From a virus (taxonomy: Duplodnaviria; Caudoviricetes): a stretch of DNA of 61,314 nucleotides. A program made the position numbers and the translations under genes. Positions 40,064 through 46,159 of this stretch are shown piece by piece; within the stretch, counting starts at the first letter, position 1, and each line of letters opens with the position of its first letter. Where the stretch lies: positions 1-61,314 of the IMG/VR virus record IMGVR_UViG_3300025288_000022; one strand, given 5' to 3'. The notes below the pieces were generated by a model. That model did not search any database. It saw only the letters and a list, made by a program, of their open reading frames with translations, and was not told the origin of the DNA.

Positions 40064-40246
40064 TTAGTTCCAAGCCCCCTTGGTAGAGGTCCTGACGACC
40101 TGGCCGCCACGACGGCGGAGGACCACATGGGGGTCCTTAGAGGGCTTGGGGGTGTCATCCGGCTTGGGGGCGGGAACACGGTCCCGCATTTGCTCCCAGA
40201 TGAGCGAAGCGGCTTGGTAGTGATCCTGGGAGTTGCGGCGAGCCAT
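40064..40246 (-). CDS. Small hypothetical protein
   Basis: SD AAGGAGG; promoter motif at 40269-40294. Confidence 0.7.
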   Translation of the reverse strand: MARRNSQDHYQAASLIWEQMRDRVPAPKPDDTPKPSKDPHVVLRRRGGQVVRTSTKGAWN

Positions 40247-40405
40247 TGGAACCTCCTTGTAGATCTACTACGCAGGAGGGGGAGGCTCTGAAACTTGAAA
40301 GTGGTTTTGTTGAGGCGGTGAAGGGTTCGTGCTTTCCTCAATTCGGGCTTTAGGCTCCTCTACAAAGGCTGGATTTGTAGCATCTTTTCCATGAATCCAG
40401 TACCT

Positions 40406-40738
40406 CTAGCACTTGAAACCCCCCTTTTTTTGTTTCCACCAATCGGGTGTCTCAAGGACTTCCTCTGTGAACATATCATATAGGTGGGTGGGGATGAAGC
40501 CCAACCCTTCTTCTCTAAACCATTCCCCACTGCGAGCCCTACACCGATACTTCCGTAAGTCCGCATGGACCTTCAGCTCTTCATGGCCGTGTCCAGGGGC
40601 ATGAAGAATCATGCGTAGATTGTGCGGGCACCCTGTCTGGACCTCAGTTAGACGGCGTGCCACATTGGACGACCTCCCTACCTTGAAGTCGCCTGTAAGG
40701 TCCATCTGGAATATGTAGAGGTCATCACCGCCAATCAT
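40406..40738 (-). CDS. GIY-YIG / T5orf172-like protein
   Basis: LYIFQ..FKVGRS..RRL..QTGCP..E..H...GEWF. Confidence 0.85.
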   Translation of the reverse strand: MIGGDDLYIFQMDLTGDFKVGRSSNVARRLTEVQTGCPHNLRMILHAPGHGHEELKVHADLRKYRCRARSGEWFREEGLGFIPTHLYDMFTEEVLETPDWWKQKKGGFKC

Positions 40739-40810
40739 GCCACCATGATACCCCGCGCAATACTTTTCCAATACCTTTAGAGAGGTGTACCCTTAGAAGG
40801 AGTCCTCTCA

Positions 40811-41281
40811 ATGTCTGAAAAAGCCCTAAGGTCGAATCTCATTCGTCTTGCTTCCTCCTACCCTAACCGCTCTGCTGAGCGCAGCCAAATCCTGAAGTTG
40901 GTTGCAGGGTTTGACGCCCAAGATATCGGCAAGATGGAAGACGGCGCTCTTGAGGAAGGCACCCCTGAGCAGACCTACCACGGTGAAAATTACACCGAGC
41001 AGGAACACTCTGAACTCCGTCTCAAGCATGAGAGGGGTGAGCTTTCAGATGGCAAGCCTGATGGACGCCAAGCTTCAGACAGCACCCTCTTCTCTGCACT
41101 CATTAAGTTGGCTCATGCCAACAGGGCAGCCCGCAAGCCTGTGCTAGGGATGCTCCGTGAGGCTGGGTTCTTGGATGAGAAGAACCGCCCCACTAAGCTT
41201 GCAGGTTGTGAGAAGCTTCCTGAAGGCGGTATGCGTGAGAACTGTGAGAAGAAAGTTGAGGAAGGCAAGGACGACAAGTAG
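40811..41281 (+). CDS. Hypothetical protein with two copies of the shared leader motif
   Basis: SD AAGGAG; LIRLASSYPNRSAERSQIL and internal LIKLAHANRAARKPVL. Confidence 0.75.
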   Translation: MSEKALRSNLIRLASSYPNRSAERSQILKLVAGFDAQDIGKMEDGALEEGTPEQTYHGENYTEQEHSELRLKHERGELSDGKPDGRQASDSTLFSALIKLAHANRAARKPVLGMLREAGFLDEKNRPTKLAGCEKLPEGGMRENCEKKVEEGKDDK

Positions 41282-41303
41282 CGCCCCCCCTCCCTCCAGA
41301 ATC

Positions 41304-41337
41304 AAAGGGCGTCAGTCAAGAACTGACGCCCTTTCTT
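41304..41337. terminator. Bidirectional terminator between convergent genes
   Basis: AAAGGGCGTCAGT-CAAGA-ACTGACGCCCTTT. Confidence 0.8.
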
Positions 41338-41341
41338 CGTT

Positions 41342-41917
41342 TCAGACCTTCACGGCATAGGTGAGGTGGAGTGGGGTCTTCAACTTCTGGGAGAGGCCAA
41401 AGATCTCTCGAAAGTCCAGAAGGGCTTCACACTGCACCTTGAACCACCAATGGTTGCCATTGGTCTGGGGGGAGATCTGGAAGTCAAACGTGACGGGTGT
41501 GCCCGGAAGAAGATGGGTCGGTACACCCCAACGGTCCCAAGTCTCAAGGGCTTGTCGAAGGTGCTTCTTGTTGGTGGAGGGTCGTTGCTGGAGATCTTCA
41601 ATCCGGACTGCAAGGTCCCAGACATCCAAGTGGAGGTTGGGCCTCTCGTTGCGTGTGATGCTGATGTGAGGCCCCCATGCTGGTTCCTGAAGGGGCGGGC
41701 GGATGAGAGCCAAGTGGGGGCTATAGTCTACCCTACGGCCCTCAAAGATACGGTCCCGGTCTACCGCCAAAACCCAATCTGGGGCCATCTCTGCCAATGT
41801 CTGAGGAGCATAGAGGCGAAACCAGTCAGGGTCACACCGGAGGATAGACCAAAACCCCGCACGAGGTAGGCGGGGGTTGGACGGTCCATATTGGAGATAT
41901 CCGGTGGCTTGGGGCAT
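41342..41917 (-). CDS. 2H phosphoesterase family protein
   Basis: Two HxS/T motifs, PHISI and LHLT; promoter motif at 41938-41963. Confidence 0.65.
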   Translation of the reverse strand: MPQATGYLQYGPSNPRLPRAGFWSILRCDPDWFRLYAPQTLAEMAPDWVLAVDRDRIFEGRRVDYSPHLALIRPPLQEPAWGPHISITRNERPNLHLDVWDLAVRIEDLQQRPSTNKKHLRQALETWDRWGVPTHLLPGTPVTFDFQISPQTNGNHWWFKVQCEALLDFREIFGLSQKLKTPLHLTYAVKV

Positions 41918-41963
41918 TTGCTCTTCCTCGATTCTAGTACGCTGAAGAGCAGCGTCTTGAAAC

Positions 41964-42344
41964 CTAGAGGTTAGGTAAACCATATTTTGCAAGTAGGGTT
42001 GCCAGTGTCTCACGTTCCTTGGCCTCCACAGCTTCTTGTTGCTGTGCAGCCTTAAGTCTCTTCTGTTCGTCCTTCTTGGCTTCCGCGATCCGGTGCATCT
42101 CCCGAAGTTCGTCTTCCCAGCCCTCAGGTTGTTCTAACCATCGGGCTGGGAAAGCCACTCTGCTGATGATGCACCAGTTGCCTTCCCCATAGTAGTACTC
42201 AGCTGTAACCTGGATCTCCCCATTCTTCTTCACTTTTGCAGGTAGAAGATGGGTAGTTTCAGGTCTGCCTGTGATGCTCCTCCCAATGAGGACCACTGCG
42301 TGGGCCTTTTCATCCAGTTCAGTCTTGCCCATAGGCCTATTCAT
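41964..42344 (-). CDS. Hypothetical protein
   Basis: SD AAGGA; promoter motif at 42386-42411. Confidence 0.7.
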   Translation of the reverse strand: MNRPMGKTELDEKAHAVVLIGRSITGRPETTHLLPAKVKKNGEIQVTAEYYYGEGNWCIISRVAFPARWLEQPEGWEDELREMHRIAEAKKDEQKRLKAAQQQEAVEAKERETLATLLAKYGLPNL

Positions 42345-42362
42345 GGTCTTCTTCCTTGTTGC

Positions 42363-42406
42363 ATACGCAGGACCTCTAGCTCTTATACGCAGGACCTCTA
42401 GCTCTT
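42363..42406. repeat. 22-bp perfect tandem repeat overlapping a promoter motif
   Basis: ATACGCAGGACCTCTAGCTCTT x2; related sequence at 40400-40424. Confidence 0.9.
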
Positions 42407-42673
42407 GAAACCCCCTAGACGTGGGGGTTCCCCAAAATCAATGTAACCCTCTACCGCGTTTGAGAAATGTCTAGGGGACATCCTGAAAGCTTCCAAGGGG
42501 GGGTGGACCAATGGAAAGGGAGGTCGTCAAAACAGGACCATTGTTCTGGAGCCAACTCCTCGGATTTATACGCACCCAAGGCAAAGGTGGTAAACACAAC
42601 CCACCCTAGAGGACGGGCTCCTCTATCCGCGTTTAGGCACACAGGCTTAATCCGAACCATTAGAACCATTACA

Positions 42674-42901
42674 TCACACCGTTCCTGTGTGTGTGTGTGC
42701 TTGGCTTGTGCTCCTGATCCCTGCCTCCATCTCCTGAAATGCCCGCTTAAATTCAGACTGTAAAAACTCTGGGGTGGCTTCGTGGAATTCGGCCAGGACC
42801 TGAGCACTCACTTCGAATTCTGGAAGCTCTTGGGATTCACCATTCTCTCCGATTAGGAAGGCCCTTTGTCCATCCAACAGATGCGCTACAAAATACTGCA
42901 T
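42674..42901 (-). CDS. Small hypothetical protein
   Basis: Starts 3 nt after the deaminase stop. Confidence 0.55.
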   Translation of the reverse strand: MQYFVAHLLDGQRAFLIGENGESQELPEFEVSAQVLAEFHEATPEFLQSEFKRAFQEMEAGIRSTSQAHTHTGTV

Positions 42902-42904
42902 TCG

Positions 42905-43564
42905 CTACCCCATCTCAAAGCGGGGGTCTTTAGGGCCATTGACTTCCTGGACCTGAACCCCATATTTTTTCAAATAGTCTATTCCATCCTTGCCGCCAAG
43001 GTATCCCCCATCCACTACGATGACCTTGACGACTCCCGCATGGTGGATGATCTTGGCACACATGAGACAGGGTTCGGCCAAGATGATCATCCAAGAACCT
43101 GCGGTAGGAACTCCACCAGCAGCCGCATTGCAAATGACATTCATCTCTGCATGGTGACACCCTCGTTCCATCATGGTGCCGGACTTGATGGGTGGGTACT
43201 TCTCCACCATTTCATCAATCCAGGCTTCCGCCTTGTCCCCACTCATAAAGGTTTTGACCCCCTTGATCTCACCATAATGAACAAGGGTTCCGCTAACTAT
43301 CTTGTCATCCTGATAGATACCTAGAGCCACAATCTTGGCTTGGTCCCGATGGAAACCATCCCGTTCACAAAAGAACCCATGGCAGAGGTTCTCTGTAGCA
43401 CCTCGTGGCCCCCCGTTGTACCCGTCTGCCAAGATCACATTGCGGGTGGGATCGAGGAGTAGAGCCCCTAGCTTGCGTCGAGGGCAGTTGGAAGCCTTGG
43501 CGAGAGAGAGACACTGCTCAATCCGGATTTGGATGTGCTTAGGTGAGATCATGGTTCTTCTCAC
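42905..43564 (-). CDS. dCMP deaminase family protein
   Basis: SNCPRRKLGA, GYNG, HAEMN and PCLMC zinc-deaminase motifs. Confidence 0.9.
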   Translation of the reverse strand: MRRTMISPKHIQIRIEQCLSLAKASNCPRRKLGALLLDPTRNVILADGYNGGPRGATENLCHGFFCERDGFHRDQAKIVALGIYQDDKIVSGTLVHYGEIKGVKTFMSGDKAEAWIDEMVEKYPPIKSGTMMERGCHHAEMNVICNAAAGGVPTAGSWMIILAEPCLMCAKIIHHAGVVKVIVVDGGYLGGKDGIDYLKKYGVQVQEVNGPKDPRFEMG

Positions 43565-44094
43565 GTTCCCCTGTTAGAAGAGACAAGACCACCCATAGGG
43601 TCGTGGGCAAAGTCATACTCAAACTTTTGGTTGGACATGGAGAAGTGGTGGTTTGCATTGTGGGCGAGAGGGGGGCCTTGGCAGCAACCCATGAGAAGAG
43701 CCAGATCCTCTTCAGAAAGCCATTCCCACCAATGGATGAATTCCTTGGGGTCCTTGACAACACCTTCTTTGCGGTTTTCAATCTCCTTACGGAGTAAGAT
43801 CCCTAGGAAGTCGGTGCCACCCCCCTTGTGGAGTTCTTCAGTGGCGTTTTGGATGAGCCCTGCTAGAGCACTGGCCCAGGTCTTCTTGTCCGCTGAAGGG
43901 CCTTCAACCTCAATGGCTAGGTCTTCCTTACGGACAAGGGCGAACCTGTTGGGTGCAAGGGTCACCCAACACCCGTTGAAGCTCATCGTATGCTCAAGTA
44001 GCTTGGTCTTGGGCGGGCAGTACTGTTGAATTCGGTGCAACAAACAGTCGTAGTCTTCCAAAGGAACCTCCTTGAGTGTCCTTACCCGCTTCAA
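43561..44094 (-). CDS. Hypothetical protein
   Basis: 177-aa ORF coupled to the deaminase start. Confidence 0.65.
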   Translation of the reverse strand: MKRVRTLKEVPLEDYDCLLHRIQQYCPPKTKLLEHTMSFNGCWVTLAPNRFALVRKEDLAIEVEGPSADKKTWASALAGLIQNATEELHKGGGTDFLGILLRKEIENRKEGVVKDPKEFIHWWEWLSEEDLALLMGCCQGPPLAHNANHHFSMSNQKFEYDFAHDPMGGLVSSNRGT

Positions 44095-44116
44095 GGTGGG
44101 GTGCTAACTTTCAAAC

Positions 44117-44151
44117 AAAAAAAAAGGCTGTCCGGTGAAGGACAGCCTTTT
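44117..44151 (-). terminator. Terminator closing the tRNA array
   Basis: AAAAGGCTGTCC-TTCACC-GGACAGCC followed by 9 U on the minus strand. Confidence 0.9.
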
Positions 44152-44239
44152 TGGAGGAAGCGGTGGGATTCGAACCCACGGAGGTTTGACCCCCGCTAGT
44201 TTTCAAGACTAGATCCATCGACCACTCGGACACGCTTCC
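44152..44239 (-). tRNA. tRNA-Ser(UGA)
   Basis: Manual cloverleaf; CTAGT-CT TGA AA-ACTAG; long variable arm; encoded CCA. Confidence 0.92.
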
Positions 44240-44282
44240 TGATGCGGGTACCGTTACTCCTTCTGCACATGGCAGATGAGCT

Positions 44283-44370
44283 TGGTGGGAGAGGAGGGAC
44301 TCGAACCCCCGACGACCGAAGTGCCGCGTTTACAGCGTGGTGTGGACTACCAACATCACACAACTCTCCC
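44283..44370 (-). tRNA. tRNA-Tyr(GUA), copy with an A-C mismatch in the anticodon stem
   Basis: CCACG-CT GTA AA-CGCGG; encoded CCA. Confidence 0.85.
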
Positions 44371-44387
44371 AGAATTCCACCATCCCA

Positions 44388-44473
44388 TGGTGCAGCCAGT
44401 GGGACTCGAACCCACACACCCTTACGAGCACTGGCACCTGAAGCCAGCGTGTCTGCCATTTCACCATGGCTGC
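44388..44473 (-). tRNA. tRNA-Leu(CAG)
   Basis: CTGGC-TT CAG GT-GCCAG; encoded ACCA. Confidence 0.92.
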
Positions 44474-44475
44474 AT

Positions 44476-44568
44476 TGGCAGAAGAGATGGGAATTGAACC
44501 CACGGACCCCTTTTGGGGGTCACCAGTTTTCCAAACTGGCACAGCTCACCAACCTCTGTCGCTCTTCT
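44476..44568 (-). tRNA. tRNA-Ser(GGA) with C8
   Basis: CCAGT-TT GGA AA-ACTGG; long variable arm; GCCA end. Confidence 0.88.
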
Positions 44569-44579
44569 GTATTGGTCAT

Positions 44580-44670
44580 TGGCGGAGAAGATGGGAATTG
44601 AACCCACGGACCCTATTGAGGCCCTCCGTTTTCGAAACGGACACAGCCCACCAACCTCTGTTGCTTCCCC
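44580..44670 (-). tRNA. tRNA-Ser(CGA) with C8 and G3:U70
   Basis: TCCGT-TT CGA AA-ACGGA; acceptor GGGGAAG/CTTCTCC; GCCA end. Confidence 0.88.
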
Positions 44671-44744
44671 GGAAAAGGTGGAATCGAACCACCATTACTA
44701 GAATTAGCCCACAATAGTGGGCTGCAGATCCTCAACATCTTCCG
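44670..44744 (-). ncRNA. tRNA-like element (acceptor and T arm intact, no canonical anticodon loop, no CCA)
   Basis: CGGAAGA/TTTTCCG stem; GGTGG-TTCGATT-CCACC T arm; AGCCCAC-TATT-GTGGGCT hairpin. Confidence 0.55.
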
Positions 44745-44749
44745 CTCTT

Positions 44750-44826
44750 TGGCAGGAGGGGTGGGAATCGAACTCACCACATCTGGTTTTGGAAACCGGA
44801 TCGCCATCCCTGGGACATGCCCCCCT
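44750..44826 (-). tRNA. tRNA-Trp(CCA), atypical (C8, stem mismatches)
   Basis: CCGGT-TT CCA AA-ACCAG; acceptor AGGGGGG/CCCTCCT; GCCA end. Confidence 0.8.
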
Positions 44827-44830
44827 GCAA

Positions 44831-44916
44831 TGGTGCAGCCAGTGGGAGTTGAACCCACACGCCCTTACGAGCACAGCCACCTCAAGGCTGCGTGTCTGCC
44901 ATTTCACCATGGCTGC
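44831..44916 (-). tRNA. tRNA-Leu(GAG)
   Basis: CAGCC-TT GAG GT-GGCTG; ACCA end. Confidence 0.92.
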
Positions 44917-44930
44917 ATAAGAAATCCAAT

Positions 44931-45016
44931 TGGTGCTCATGGTGGGACTCGAACCCACACGCCCTTACGAGCAAGGGATTTTAAGTCCCCAATGTCTACC
45001 ATTCCACCACACGAGC
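44931..45016 (-). tRNA. tRNA-Leu(UAA)
   Basis: GGGGA-CT TAA AA-TCCCT; ACCA end. Confidence 0.92.
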
Positions 45017-45019
45017 ATT

Positions 45020-45106
45020 TGGAGGAAGGCAGGAGAGTCGAACTCCAATGCTTTCACATCGATCCGTTTAGCAAACGGGCCCCTGTCCACACAGGGATTA
45101 CCTTCC
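45020..45106 (-). tRNA. tRNA-Ser(GCU) with 8/4 fold
   Basis: Acceptor GGAAGGTA/TGCCTTCC (8 bp); T stem GGAG/CTCC (4 bp); 6-bp D stem; loop TT GCT AA. Confidence 0.85.
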
Positions 45107-45113
45107 AAAAACA

Positions 45114-45201
45114 TGGTGGGAGAGGAGGGACTCGAACCCCCGACGACCGAAGTGCCGCGTTTACAGCGCGGTGTGGACTACCAACATCACACAACTCTCC
45201 C
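45114..45201 (-). tRNA. tRNA-Tyr(GUA)
   Basis: CCGCG-CT GTA AA-CGCGG; ACCA end. Confidence 0.9.
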
Positions 45202-45218
45202 AGAATTCCACCATTCCA

Positions 45219-45304
45219 TGGTGCAGCCAGTGGGACTCGAACCCACACACCCTAGAGTACAGGTGCCTAAAACCTGCGCGTCTACCAAATTCCGCCATGG
45301 CTGC
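45219..45304 (-). tRNA. tRNA-Leu(UAG)
   Basis: CAGGT-TT TAG GC-ACCTG; ACCA end. Confidence 0.92.
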
Positions 45305-45315
45305 ATAATTGAAAA

Positions 45316-45390
45316 GGGAGGGCAAGTTGAGGAGTCGAACCTCTCTAATACCTTTGCTAGAGTACGCAAGTTGACGCTTGCTTGGTGCCC
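45316..45390 (-). ncRNA. Second tRNA-like element or pseudo-tRNA
   Basis: GGGCA/TGCCC ends; GAGG-TTCGACT-CCTC T arm; ends TCCC; no recognisable anticodon arm. Confidence 0.5.
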
Positions 45391-45408
45391 ATTAAAAACC
45401 CAACAAGT

Positions 45409-45493
45409 TGGTGCGGAAGGTGGGATTCGAACCCACATGCCTTTTGGGCAAGGGTTTTTGAGACCCTCATGTCTGCCTTTCCATCACTCCCGC
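45409..45493 (-). tRNA. tRNA-Leu(CAA)
   Basis: AGGGT-CT CAA AA-ACCCT; ACCA end. Confidence 0.92.
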
Positions 45494-45552
45494 ATAGGCC
45501 CCGTTGGTGTTGGGGCTTTACATCCTTATTCAGGTTTTCAATCTGTCTCTAC

Positions 45553-45578
45553 TACGCTGAGGTCTTCACTTTTGAAAC
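45553..45578 (-). promoter_or_regulatory. GTTTCA-N14-AGCGTA promoter motif between the attenuator and the first tRNA
   Basis: Same spacing as seven other copies; lies inside the inverted repeat 45549-45591. Confidence 0.6.
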
Positions 45579-45614
45579 CTTTGCGTAGTAGGTTTCTTTG
45601 AAACGGAATCTTAC

Positions 45615-45655
45615 AAAGAAAAAGCCCCTTCTGGTTGGTGTTCCGGAGGGGCTTT
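45615..45655 (-). terminator. Attenuator terminator upstream of the tRNA array
   Basis: GCCCCTCCGG-AACACCAA-CCAGAAGGGGC followed by TTTTTCTTT. Confidence 0.85.
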
Positions 45656-45683
45656 GCTCTGATTCGCAATTGGCGTTACGAGA

Positions 45684-45773
45684 TCAGGTGCCTCCTCCGG
45701 AGCACGAGAGCCACAAGCTTGGCCGATATGACAAGCTGGACAATAAGGTGGCGCTGGGGAGGAGGTTGTTCAT
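45684..45773 (-). CDS. Putative leaderless attenuator leader peptide MNNLLPSATLLSSLSYRPSLWLSCSGGGT (29 aa)
   Basis: ATG 7 nt after the -10 box; 16/29 codons are Leu/Ser/Tyr/Trp; its 3' end is complementary to the terminator 5' arm. Confidence 0.8.
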   Translation of the reverse strand: MNNLLPSATLLSSLSYRPSLWLSCSGGGT

Positions 45774-45779
45774 GTCGCC

Positions 45780-45808
45780 AACATACTCTCTGTGTTGTGC
45801 GCCGTCAA
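45780..45808 (-). promoter_or_regulatory. Sigma70-type promoter TTGACG-N17-TATGTT
   Basis: -35 at 45803-45808, -10 at 45780-45785, AT-rich UP-like region upstream. Confidence 0.8.
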
Positions 45809-45843
45809 GAGGATATTTCTTGAAAATAGTTTCCTACCCTATA

Positions 45844-46074
45844 TTAGCGCTTCAGGAACGAAGCAGCCGCCTGCCATCCCACAGCCGTGAGCTGCCTGAG
45901 GCCCTGGTTATCCACTCGTTTAGATAGCCACCCTTTTTGAAGGGCGTGTTCAAAGTACAAGTTGGGAAGGGTGTGGGTCACAAGGTCCTCTTCCTTGAGT
46001 CCCTTGTTGATGATGGCTAGGTTAGCCCAGTCCACAAGGATTTGTCGAGTACGTTGGTCAATAAAGGCAGACTC
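45844..46074 (-). CDS. Small hypothetical protein
   Basis: ORF ending before the tRNA promoter; start uncertain, may extend to 46093 or 46110. Confidence 0.5.
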   Translation of the reverse strand, partial: ESAFIDQRTRQILVDWANLAIINKGLKEEDLVTHTLPNLYFEHALQKGWLSKRVDNQGLRQLTAVGWQAAASFLKR

Positions 46075-46159
46075 TGCTTTGCTTCGTTCCATCCGGATCC
46101 TCGAGGTCAATAGGTGTCTTATAACACGGGAGGATTATATCTACTAGGGGTAGCCCACC

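Noticed and set aside
44670-44744. tRNA-Sec call, because it begins GGAAGAT like E. coli selC
   Set aside because: No UCA anticodon loop, no 8/5 fold and no long variable arm
45340-45375. Possible amber suppressor (CT CTA GC) in the second tRNA-like element, implying TAG recoding
   Set aside because: No anticodon stem closes that loop, and TAG ends the protease, scaffold, capsid and patatin genes at sensible places
44152-45493. CRISPR-like recurrence of GGGACTCGAACCC with spacers
   Set aside because: These are antisense T arms of tRNAs; spacing follows tRNA length and no cas genes are present
44196-45601. ORF-track proteins across the tRNA array (e.g. 44930..45601 +, 44749..45255 +)
   Set aside because: They are translations of tRNA genes or their antisense, with no SD or protein motifs
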